Shown here: positions 30,530 to 39,342 of the stretch, one piece after another
Numbering within the stretch: position 1 is the first letter of the stretch
Layout: each line of letters starts with the position of its first letter
From: an uncultured Gemmatimonadaceae bacterium
Lineage (GTDB): Bacteria > Gemmatimonadota > Gemmatimonadetes > Gemmatimonadales > Gemmatimonadaceae
Direction of reading: 5' to 3'
DNA length: 64,000 nucleotides
Assembly (NCBI GenBank): GCA_963761305.1
Contig: CAVXGK010000001.1
Location: 960,001 to 1,024,000 of the forward strand
Notes under the pieces: model-generated
Told to the model about the DNA's origin: nothing
Seen by the model: only the letters and a program-made list of their open reading frames with translations
The model's database searches: none
Position numbers and translations under genes: made by a program

Positions 30530-31897
30530 GTGAACATCACTCTCATTAGAAAACTGACAATGCGGCCTGCGGCCGTCGTCCTCGCGGGCGCCGCCGTGGC
30601 GGCGCTGCCGATGCTGGCGCACGCCCAGCTCGGCTCGTTCAACCCCAACCCCGGGCCCCAGGGGACGTTCGCGATCCGCGGGGGCACCGTCGTCACGGTG
30701 AGCGGCGCCGAGATTCCGAACGGCACCGTCGTGATCAGCGGCGGGAAGATCACCGCGGTGGGCGCGAACGTGCAGGTCCCGGCGAACGCACAGGTGATCG
30801 ACGCCAAGGGGCTGATGGTCTATCCCGGAATGATCGAGACCGGATCGAGCATCGGGCTCTCGGAGATCGGACAAGGCGCCGTCGCGACGGTCGACATTCA
30901 AGAGGTCGGATCGTTCAACCCGAACGCGCAGGCGTTCTATGGCATCGATCCGCACAGCGCGCACATCGGCGTCGCGCGCGTCGTCGGCATCACGACGGTC
31001 GTGTCTCGTCCGACGGGCGGCATTCTCTCGGGCCAGGCGGCGTTGATGAATCTCGCCGGCGACACGCCGCCGAAGATGGCCGTCATCCCGAGGCTCGCCC
31101 TCGTCGTTGAACTGCCGCGCTCGGGGTTCGGTGGACGCGGCTTCGCCCGCGCGGCCGCGCTCCAGCAGGGCGCGCCGGCCGACGCCAATCGCGTGCGACA
31201 GGCGCAGATGGATTCGCTCCGCAAGTTGCTGCGCGACGCCGACGCCTACGCGAGGGCGCAGGACGCGTACACCAAGGACAAGTCGATCCCGCGGCCCGCG
31301 CACGACGTGGTGCTCGAATCGATGGTGCCCGCGGTGCGCGGACAGATGCCGGTGATCTTCCCCGCCGATCGCGCGAACGACATTCGTGACGCGGTGACCT
31401 TCGCCGAGGAGATGCATCTCAAGCCGATCATCATGGGCGGCGAGCAGGCGGTGGATGTGGCGGCGTTCCTCAAGCAGCACAACGTGCCGGTGGTCGTCAC
31501 CGCGGTCATGCACCTTCCGTCGCGCGAGGACGATCCGTTCGATGTGAACTATTCAATTCCCGCCAAGCTTGCGGCGGCGGGCGTGACGTTCGCGATCTCG
31601 ACGGGCGACAAGGGCTCCGAGGTTCGCACGCTGCCGTACAACGCCGGCATGGCCGCCGCGCACGGCCTATCCAAGACGGACGCGCTCAAGTCGGTCACGC
31701 TCTGGCCGGCGCAGATCTTCGGCGTCGGCGACCGGATGGGCTCGATCGACGTGGGCAAGATGGCGAACATCGTCGTCACGACCGGCGACCTGCTCGAAGC
31801 CAAGACGGACACGAAATACCTGTTCATCGACGGGCGCAACGTGCCGCTCGACACCAAGCACACGCAGCTGAACGCTCAGTTCAAGGACCGGCCGTAA
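30530..31897 (+). CDS. secreted amidohydrolase-fold protein (no HxH motif)
   Basis: VYPGMIETGSS, VTLWPAQIFGVGDRMGSIDVGKMAN; start at 30530 (GTG) or 30560. Confidence 0.88.
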   Translation: MNITLIRKLTMRPAAVVLAGAAVAALPMLAHAQLGSFNPNPGPQGTFAIRGGTVVTVSGAEIPNGTVVISGGKITAVGANVQVPANAQVIDAKGLMVYPGMIETGSSIGLSEIGQGAVATVDIQEVGSFNPNAQAFYGIDPHSAHIGVARVVGITTVVSRPTGGILSGQAALMNLAGDTPPKMAVIPRLALVVELPRSGFGGRGFARAAALQQGAPADANRVRQAQMDSLRKLLRDADAYARAQDAYTKDKSIPRPAHDVVLESMVPAVRGQMPVIFPADRANDIRDAVTFAEEMHLKPIIMGGEQAVDVAAFLKQHNVPVVVTAVMHLPSREDDPFDVNYSIPAKLAAAGVTFAISTGDKGSEVRTLPYNAGMAAAHGLSKTDALKSVTLWPAQIFGVGDRMGSIDVGKMANIVVTTGDLLEAKTDTKYLFIDGRNVPLDTKHTQLNAQFKDRP

Positions 31898-31911
31898 AAG
31901 GGGCGAAGCCG

Positions 31912-32865
31912 CTAGCGCTCCTCGGCGCGCGGCGGCACAGAGTTGCCGCCGTCGATCAAGAACTTCCACGTGCCGTCTTTCTGGCGTTTCCAGACGGTGA
32001 GGTACTTGCCCATCCGCTGAACCGCGGCGCCCGACGCGCCGCGGCCGGTGGATGTCGACTCGCCGACCGTGAAGCCGAGGTCGCGCGACGCGGAGACCCA
32101 CGCGAATACCGGCTGCCGCACCAGCGACGATTGGGCGGCGCGCGCGTTGAGGAATTCCTCGATGGCATCGGGGCCGATGACCAGCTGCGGATCGCCGAAG
32201 ACGATGCCCTCCGGATCGACCGTGTTCGAGAATGCGAACGCGACCCCCATGCGGTACGAGAGGTCCGAGAAAACGCTGTCGGCGGCGCGGAGCTTAGCGC
32301 GTTCCTCGGCGTCGGCCTTCGACAGCCGTGTAGGCGGTGCTTCCGGCGGCGCGACGTCGCCGTCTCCACTTCGCGCCGCGTGCTCACGCGTCGGCGGCGA
32401 CGATGTGGGACCGTTCACCTCCGAGTAGGCGGCGATCCGCCACGGCCCGCGGCGGTCTCGCTCCCAGAATGCGATATAGCGACCGACGCGGGGCGTCGCG
32501 GCGGGCGTGGCGCGGACGGCGACGCCGAACGTGTACGCCGCGCGGAGGTCGTCCGATATGCCGCCGCCGAGCGGCTGCCATGACAATCGCGCTCCGGCCG
32601 GCTCGACGGTAGCGCTGAAGACGGCGCGCGCCGCGTCGATTCCGACCGCGATCGGCGCCCCGGCGCGGAGATACACGACGTTCGTGTCGAGCAATGAAGT
32701 GATTCCGTCCGGGAAGCCGTGCACGGCGACGCTGTCGGTGCGCGCTTCGTCGATGCGGAACAGACTGTCGCGAGCCGGCGCGCGCGCCGGCTCGGGGGTC
32801 GTGTTTCCGCCGTGAAGAGTGCATCCGCACAACGCGACGGACGCGATCGCCGTGGTTGCCCGCAT
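31912..32865 (-). CDS. lipoprotein with two NTF2/DUF4440-like domains
   Basis: Lipobox LCGC; two repeats ending GRYIAFWER...PWRI and GKYLTVWKRQKDGTWKFLIDGG. Confidence 0.8.
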   Translation of the reverse strand: MRATTAIASVALCGCTLHGGNTTPEPARAPARDSLFRIDEARTDSVAVHGFPDGITSLLDTNVVYLRAGAPIAVGIDAARAVFSATVEPAGARLSWQPLGGGISDDLRAAYTFGVAVRATPAATPRVGRYIAFWERDRRGPWRIAAYSEVNGPTSSPPTREHAARSGDGDVAPPEAPPTRLSKADAEERAKLRAADSVFSDLSYRMGVAFAFSNTVDPEGIVFGDPQLVIGPDAIEEFLNARAAQSSLVRQPVFAWVSASRDLGFTVGESTSTGRGASGAAVQRMGKYLTVWKRQKDGTWKFLIDGGNSVPPRAEER

Positions 32866-32950
32866 TGCCAAGACGCTACGGCGACCGGTCGTCACCCGCC
32901 AGACCTGCATCGGCTCGTCACAGCGTGCGCTGCGGCGACGCCGGCTTGCG

Positions 32951-33319
32951 TCAGGTCGTTGCGTCGCCACGTCGCAAGCGTGGGGCGACTCGAACCGCCG
33001 TGCCATAACAGAGCACCTCGGTCACGCCGTCCATGATTTCCGTCGCGTCGTAGCGCACGGCGATCATCGCATTGCCTCCCATCGCGCGACAATGGTCGAT
33101 GGCCGCCGCGAATGCGTCGGCTCTCGCTCGCTCGCACAGGTCCGTGAGTATCGAAATGTCTCCACCCAAAAGCATCTGAAGCTTGGCCCCGAGGCGGCCG
33201 ATCACCGACCGAGACCGCACGATGATACCCCGGACGACACCGAACGTCTGCGTCACGTCGTAGCCGTCGATGACGTTCGACGTGGTCGTGATGAAATCGA
33301 CGCCTGGCAAGCTTGGCAT
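32951..33319 (-). CDS. YbjQ/UPF0145 family protein
   Basis: ITTTSNVIDG, GVVRGIIVRSRS, GGNAMIAVRYDATEI, EVLCYGTAV. Confidence 0.92.
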   Translation of the reverse strand: MPSLPGVDFITTTSNVIDGYDVTQTFGVVRGIIVRSRSVIGRLGAKLQMLLGGDISILTDLCERARADAFAAAIDHCRAMGGNAMIAVRYDATEIMDGVTEVLCYGTAVRVAPRLRRGDATT

Positions 33320-33433
33320 GACGTTCCTCTGGTTGTGGGCGCGCACGAATCAGCAACCGACACCGCGAGCGGACAAGACCCTATCCCGTGCGGCGACCAG
33401 AGCTTAGCTTCGTGGGACGTGTTTCCCGCCTGA

Positions 33434-34435
33434 ATGGACCTGCTCGAACGCCTTCAACTCTCGCTAGGTGACGCCTACCGCATCGAGCGCGAGCTCAAGG
33501 GTGGGGCGATGTCGCGCGTGTTCGTCGCGAGCGACACCACGCTCGGCCGAACGGTCGTCATCAAGACGCTGCCGCCGGCCCTCACAGCGGGTCTGAGCAC
33601 GGAGCGTTTTCGCCGGGAGATCCGGCTGCTGGCCGCCCTGACGCACCCGAACATCGTGCCGATTCTCTCGGCGGGTGAGCGCGACGGGCTGCTGTACTAC
33701 ATCATGCCGTACATCACGGCCGAGTCGCTGCGAGCGCGGCTGATTCGCGAGCCGACGCTCGCCCTGCCCGATGCGCTCAACGTGGCGATCGAGATCGCCG
33801 AAGCGCTCGATTACGCGCACCGGCAGGGCATCGTCCACCGCGACATCAAGCCCGAGAACATTCTTCTCGCCGACAACCACGCGATCATCTCCGACTTCGG
33901 CATCGCGCGGGCCATCTCGCGCGCCGGCGAGGGCGAGCGGCTCACGGCGATGGGCATGTCGGTCGGCACGCCGGGCTACATGAGCCCCGAGCAGGCGGCC
34001 GGTGAGCTCGACGTTGACGGCCGCGCCGACACGTACGCGCTCGGCTGCGTCCTGTACGAGATGGTCGCGGGTTCGCCGCCGTTCACCGGAAAGAGCGCCG
34101 CCGCTGTGATCGCGGCGCACATGGCGACGCCGGTGCCGTCGGTGCGCGCCGTTCGCTCGACGGCGCCGCAGAAGCTCGACGAAGTGCTCAACCGGGCGAT
34201 GGCGAAGTCACCCGAGGAGCGCTACGCGACCGCCGCGGCGTTCGTGCAAGCGCTGCGCGCCGTCGAAGCGCGGACGCGTCGCCCCGTCATCTCGCGGACG
34301 CCGGTCCCCGCGCCGACGCCGACGGCGATGCCCGTCGTGCAGGCGCCGGCGAGCCGGACGCCGTGGTACTTCGTTGCCGGCGCCGTCGTCGTGATCGCCG
34401 CGCTGGTGGCCGCGCTCGCGATCCGATCCCGCTGA
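33434..34435 (+). CDS. Hanks-type Ser/Thr kinase ending in a single TM helix
   Basis: GGAMSRVF, VVIK, HRDIKPEN, DFGIA, GTPGYMSPEQ; C-terminal WYFVAGAVVVIAALVAALAI. Confidence 0.93.
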   Translation: MDLLERLQLSLGDAYRIERELKGGAMSRVFVASDTTLGRTVVIKTLPPALTAGLSTERFRREIRLLAALTHPNIVPILSAGERDGLLYYIMPYITAESLRARLIREPTLALPDALNVAIEIAEALDYAHRQGIVHRDIKPENILLADNHAIISDFGIARAISRAGEGERLTAMGMSVGTPGYMSPEQAAGELDVDGRADTYALGCVLYEMVAGSPPFTGKSAAAVIAAHMATPVPSVRAVRSTAPQKLDEVLNRAMAKSPEERYATAAAFVQALRAVEARTRRPVISRTPVPAPTPTAMPVVQAPASRTPWYFVAGAVVVIAALVAALAIRSR

Positions 34436-34447
34436 GCGGCGCGAGCC

Positions 34448-35623
34448 TTATTGCGACGCCGTGACCGGCGCCGCGAGCACCGTCCGGAACACGTCGACCG
34501 CCTTCTTCATCTGCGGCATCGTACCGACGGAGATGCGCGCGTAGTTCGCGAGTGACGGGAAGGCGCGGCCGATCGCCACCTTGTGCTTCACGCACTCGAG
34601 CTTGAACGCGTGTGCGTCGCGCCGGATGTCGACCATCATGAAGTTGGCGTCGGCGGCAGGCACCGTGTACCCGGCGCTCTCAAAGAACGAGCGCGTGAAG
34701 GCGCGTGCCTCCTCGTTCCGGTGCTGCTCCGAGGCCACGTGTGCGCCGTCGCCGACCGTCGCCGCGATGGCGGCGAGCGCGAGTTGGTTGACGTTCGAGC
34801 CGAGGAGCCACCGCCCCATCAACTTGAGCGTGTCCGGCTGGCCGATCGCGTACCCGGCGCGGAGCCCGGCCATGCCGAAGACTTTCGAAAATGTACGCGT
34901 GACGACGACGCGCGGATTGGCCAGCGCGATGGGGATCGCTGTCCGGTAGGACTTGGACGCGACGTATTCGTGATAGGCTTCGTCGACCAGAATCACGGTC
35001 TCCGGCGACGCGCGATTCACTGCCTCGACGAACGACGCCACGTCGTCCCCGCCATGCACGCTCGCCGTGGGGTTGTTCGGATTGCAGAAGTACACGAGTC
35101 CGGCGCCGCGCGACGCGGCGACGATGGCGTCGAGATCGAGCCTGAGCTTGCCGTCGACGGGAGGCGCAACCACGGGATGCTGGAGGAACCGCGCAAAGTT
35201 GGTCGGCGCCTCGAAGGTCGGTTCTGGGGCAACGAGCGCCCGATCGGGGGTCGTGAACGCCATGACGGCCGCGCGAAGCAGCTCGCCGGACCCGCATCCG
35301 AGTATGACGCTCGACGGCGCTACGCCGCGCGCCTTGGCGATCATCGCGATGGCGTCGTCTTCTTCCTTGACCGGGTATCGGTTGGCGTGGCCGAACGCGT
35401 TCGACACCGCGTCGAGCGCGCGGCGGCCGGGGCCATTCGGGTTCTCGTTGCTGTCGATCCGGATCATTCCCGGTGCCGAGGCGAGCAAGCGGTCGGCGCG
35501 TCGCTCGGGTTGGCCTTGAGCCAGGAGCGCCTCGTGGCCCTGCCACCGAATGAGTGGCGCCGTGAGCAGACCGGCGGTCCCTGCTCCGAGGCTGGCGACG
35601 AACGAACGGCGCGACACGGACAT
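34448..35623 (-). CDS. HisC-like class I/II PLP aminotransferase with twin-arginine N-terminus
   Basis: SNENPNGP, NPNNPT, DEAY, RTFSKVFGMAGLRAGY, RISVGT; MSVSRRSFV. Confidence 0.9.
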   Translation of the reverse strand: MSVSRRSFVASLGAGTAGLLTAPLIRWQGHEALLAQGQPERRADRLLASAPGMIRIDSNENPNGPGRRALDAVSNAFGHANRYPVKEEDDAIAMIAKARGVAPSSVILGCGSGELLRAAVMAFTTPDRALVAPEPTFEAPTNFARFLQHPVVAPPVDGKLRLDLDAIVAASRGAGLVYFCNPNNPTASVHGGDDVASFVEAVNRASPETVILVDEAYHEYVASKSYRTAIPIALANPRVVVTRTFSKVFGMAGLRAGYAIGQPDTLKLMGRWLLGSNVNQLALAAIAATVGDGAHVASEQHRNEEARAFTRSFFESAGYTVPAADANFMMVDIRRDAHAFKLECVKHKVAIGRAFPSLANYARISVGTMPQMKKAVDVFRTVLAAPVTASQ

Positions 35624-35774
35624 GGCGAGGCTCCCGATGGAGGCTTGGCCGAGTATAGCGCGGTTCGGCCGCCTGCACCACGGGCGGGCGAATCGACCGG
35701 ATTTCGGCGGGTAGTATGCGTATCGGCGACGTCGTGTTGCAGTTCCGATGTGTGCCTTGGATCACTCTTTTGCA

Positions 35775-35790
35775 GGGCACGACTTCTGCG
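35775..35790 (+). promoter_or_regulatory. sigma54 -24/-12 promoter candidate for the FHA-kinase-Ig operon
   Basis: GG-CACGACTTCT-GC at 35776-35789, about 95 nt before ATG 35886. Confidence 0.55.
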
Positions 35791-35885
35791 GCCGATGAGT
35801 CCGCGCAACAGGGTAGACTCCTGCAGTGCGAACGTGTATTTCACTACAGTTGCGTTGGGTTTCTCTCGGGAGTCGTCGCGGAGTC

Positions 35886-36578
35886 ATGTTCGGTGCCCTC
35901 GTCGTCGGTCTGCTGGTTTCCGCGCTCGCGGCCGGAGCGATCGCCATCGTGAGAGCCTGGTATCAAAGCCGGGGGGCGCGCGCGCGTGACGTTTTCCCGT
36001 TGCTCGTGATCCCTCATTCGACAACGCACGTGGAGCCGATGATCGGCCCCGACACGTTTTCGCCGGTGCAGGCCGCGCCCGTGCGTGCCGCGAACGGCTC
36101 GCGCCCGCTGCGTTCGCCGGGACGTCCGGCCGCTGGTGAAACGCTCGTGTTCGACGACGCGCGCTTCGCCGACGTCAATGCCGTGCCGGTGCGCGGCGCC
36201 AATTCCGAGACGGTGAGGTTCCTGCGGCCCGGCGAAGAACAGATTCAGATTCTCCCCGGGCGTCTGGAAGTGCTGGCGGGCGAGCCGGGCCATCGCGAGA
36301 TCCGATTCGTGCGCTCCCCCGGCGAGCCGGCGGAGCTCATCCTCGGACGCGACCCCGGCCCGTCGCCGCATGCGATCGCGCTGCACTCCGACACAGTCAG
36401 CCGCCGCCATGCGCGATTCGCGTTTGCTGATGGGCGCTGGTCGGTGACGAACCTGTCGCGCACCAACCCGGTGGTCGTGAACGACGAACGAATGCACGAC
36501 GACTCGATCGAACGTCCGCTCGCCGACGGCGACCGCCTCGAACTCGGCGAAGTCGTCCTGCGGTTCCGCGCGCGGTAG
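35886..36578 (+). CDS. membrane-anchored FHA-domain protein
   Basis: N-terminal TM; LILGRD, VSRRHA, NLSRTNPVVVN, LADGDRLELGEV. Confidence 0.9.
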   Translation: MFGALVVGLLVSALAAGAIAIVRAWYQSRGARARDVFPLLVIPHSTTHVEPMIGPDTFSPVQAAPVRAANGSRPLRSPGRPAAGETLVFDDARFADVNAVPVRGANSETVRFLRPGEEQIQILPGRLEVLAGEPGHREIRFVRSPGEPAELILGRDPGPSPHAIALHSDTVSRRHARFAFADGRWSVTNLSRTNPVVVNDERMHDDSIERPLADGDRLELGEVVLRFRAR

Positions 36579-36627
36579 CGCGCCGTCCGCCCATGAACGT
36601 GGCCGTCGTCCCCGCCCTTCGCGATCG

Positions 36628-39342
36628 ATGACCAACGACCGTGCTTCGCCAGGCCTGTCGGCCCTCGAACCCGCCTACGAGATCATCCGCGAGATCGGAC
36701 GCGGCGGGACGTCGGTCGTGTACCTCGCGCAGGAGCGCGCGACGCGGGCCGAGGTGGCGATCAAGCTCATTCGCGCGAAGTACGTCGCTGATGAAGAGGC
36801 GCTGGGCCGCTTCGCGCGCGAAGCCCGATTCCTGGAGCGCCTGGTGCATCCCAACATCGTGCGCGTCCGCGACGTGCTCGAGCTCGGTGATGCCGGGCTC
36901 GCCATCGTCATGGCGCACGTGCCGGGGCGCACGCTCAAGGAATTGATTCGCCAGGAAGGCCGGCTCACGGCCGAACGCACGGAACGGTTCACGCGCGACA
37001 TCGCCCGAGCCCTCGGCGCCGCGCACGCGATGGGAATCGTCCACCGCGACGTGAAGCCGGAAAACGTATTCGTGGACGCCGACGACCGTCCGCTGTTGGC
37101 CGACTTCGGCCTGGCGCGGTCGATGAGCAGCGATTCACAGCTCACGATGGCGGGGGTCGCGATCGGCACGCCGGCGTACATGCCGCCGGAACAGATCGAG
37201 GGCGCGACGCTCGACGCGCGCGGCGACGTCTACAGCCTCGGGCTCGTCGCGTGGGAGATGCTTTCGGGCCGTCGGCCGTGGGAGGGTGAAAGCCTCTACG
37301 CGGTGCTCTACCACCAGCGGTACGAGCAGTTGCCCGACGTGCGGGATCTCCGCGATGACGTTCCCGATTCGCTCGCTGACACCATCGCGGTGGCAATCGA
37401 AAAGCATCCGTCGATGCGCTGGCAGAACGCGACGCAGATGATCGAAGCGCTCGACGGCGCCGCGCCGCCGCAACGCTCACCGCGCCGGCCGCAGCCGTCG
37501 TCCGACACTGTGCGCTTCATGCGCCCGTCGGCCGCGGCGCTCAAGGTCGACTCCTGGATCAGCGAGCCGCCGCCGGCCGCCACGGCGCATCCACCGCCGC
37601 CGCTTTCGCCGCCGCGCGGCACAGCACCCGTCGCCGGGCGCGGCGCCGTTCCGGTCGTCGAGCTCGGCCCCGCCTCGTTTCCGCCGGGAGCGGCGCGGCC
37701 GCGGCATGACACGGTCACGCCGAACACGTTCGCCGCGCTCGCGGCGGAGCTCGACGCGCAGGACGAAGTGCCGGTCTCGCGGTCGCGACGACGCTACGTC
37801 ATCGCCTTCGGCGGAATCGCCGCACTGGCCACGCTCGGCGTCGTCGCCGTCAACGTGCAAGGCCGCTCGAGCGATGCTCACCGCTTGCCGGTTCTCGTCC
37901 AACGCGACTTCGCGATCAACGATTCCGCCGGCAGGGCGCTGCCCCAAACGAAACCGGCCGTCACGCCGCCGGCCGATTCGGTCGACTCGAGCGCAATGGC
38001 TCCGCAGGTCGCTCCGGCGCCGAGCGTCGCGTCGTCGAATGAGGCGCCGCCACAACTGCCCGAAACGCGGAAGTCGCCGCCGCCGACGCATCTCCCGGCG
38101 TCGACGTCCGACCGGCCCGGCAAGACTGTCGCGACGGCGGCGACCGACACGAAACCCGCGGACAAGAAAACGGCGACGACGTCCGGCGAAACCGTCCGAG
38201 ACAAATCGACCCCCAAGCCGCCCGACAAGCCTGTCGCGAAACCGATCGACAATCCGGCGCCGGCGGTCGATCCGCCGGTCGTCAGCCCGCGAGTGACCGT
38301 CGCCGCGGGCGGATTGCATTCGTGCATGCTCAACGCCGACGGCCGCGCCTACTGCTGGGGTGGCAACGATCGCGGACAACTCGGCGCCGGCGGAGCCAAT
38401 TCGGTGGCGACGCCGCTGGCGGTGTCGGGAGACGTCCGATTCACGATGATCGCGACCGGACTCTCGCACAGTTGCGCCGTCGCGCGCGGCGGCGGTGCGT
38501 GGTGCTGGGGCGAGAACGAGCGCGGCCAGCTGGGCGACCGGACGACGATGGCACATCAGGCGCCGATGCGCGTGGCGGACATTCGCATGTTCACGGCGAT
38601 CAGCGTCGGCGCGGCGCACAGTTGCGCACTCGACAGCCAAGGCGAGGCGTGGTGCTGGGGCTCGAACGCCCACGGACAGCTGGGGTCCGACGGCACGACC
38701 GTCGAGATCGGCGCGTCGACGCTCACTTCCGGCGACCATCACTTCAACAGCATTTCGCTCGGTTGGAATTTCAGCTGCGCGCTCGACACGGGCCATGCGT
38801 ACTGTTGGGGCGAGAACGCCAACGGACAACTCGGCGATGGGTCGATCACCGAGCATCGCGTTCCGACCGCGGTGGCGGGCGGGCTGACGTTCAAATCGAT
38901 CGCGACCGGCGCCACGCATGCCTGCGGCATCACGCAGAGCGGCGAAGCGTATTGCTGGGGGAACAACGTCGGCGGGCAGTTGGGCGACGGCACGCGCGTG
39001 GGCCATGAGACGCCGGCCGCCGTGAAGACGTCGCTCCGATTCGTGACGATCGCCGCGGGCGCGCTGCACACGTGCGCGCTGACGGCGGACGGCGGGGCGT
39101 TTTGTTGGGGACGGGACAACTACGGCCAGCTCGGCAACGGGGCGATGTCCCAGGACTCCATGGAGCCGGTGCGCGTGGCCGGCGACCACGCGTTCGCCAC
39201 GGTGCACGCGTTCGGATCGCACACCTGCGGAACGACGGCAGCCGGCGATCTGTTTTGCTGGGGCTACAATCTCGACGGCCAGCTGGGCGACGGCTCGCGG
39301 GTGAATCGGTCGAAGCCCGCGTACGTCGAACCGCCCGGCTGA
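36628..39342 (+). CDS. receptor-type Ser/Thr kinase: kinase, TM, Pro/Thr-rich stalk, RCC1-repeat beta-propeller
   Basis: GRGGTSVV, VAIK, HRDVKPEN, DFG, GTPAYMPPEQ; TM YVIAFGGIAALATLGVVAV; seven HxC...CWGxNxxGQLG repeats. Confidence 0.93.
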   Translation: MTNDRASPGLSALEPAYEIIREIGRGGTSVVYLAQERATRAEVAIKLIRAKYVADEEALGRFAREARFLERLVHPNIVRVRDVLELGDAGLAIVMAHVPGRTLKELIRQEGRLTAERTERFTRDIARALGAAHAMGIVHRDVKPENVFVDADDRPLLADFGLARSMSSDSQLTMAGVAIGTPAYMPPEQIEGATLDARGDVYSLGLVAWEMLSGRRPWEGESLYAVLYHQRYEQLPDVRDLRDDVPDSLADTIAVAIEKHPSMRWQNATQMIEALDGAAPPQRSPRRPQPSSDTVRFMRPSAAALKVDSWISEPPPAATAHPPPPLSPPRGTAPVAGRGAVPVVELGPASFPPGAARPRHDTVTPNTFAALAAELDAQDEVPVSRSRRRYVIAFGGIAALATLGVVAVNVQGRSSDAHRLPVLVQRDFAINDSAGRALPQTKPAVTPPADSVDSSAMAPQVAPAPSVASSNEAPPQLPETRKSPPPTHLPASTSDRPGKTVATAATDTKPADKKTATTSGETVRDKSTPKPPDKPVAKPIDNPAPAVDPPVVSPRVTVAAGGLHSCMLNADGRAYCWGGNDRGQLGAGGANSVATPLAVSGDVRFTMIATGLSHSCAVARGGGAWCWGENERGQLGDRTTMAHQAPMRVADIRMFTAISVGAAHSCALDSQGEAWCWGSNAHGQLGSDGTTVEIGASTLTSGDHHFNSISLGWNFSCALDTGHAYCWGENANGQLGDGSITEHRVPTAVAGGLTFKSIATGATHACGITQSGEAYCWGNNVGGQLGDGTRVGHETPAAVKTSLRFVTIAAGALHTCALTADGGAFCWGRDNYGQLGNGAMSQDSMEPVRVAGDHAFATVHAFGSHTCGTTAAGDLFCWGYNLDGQLGDGSRVNRSKPAYVEPPG

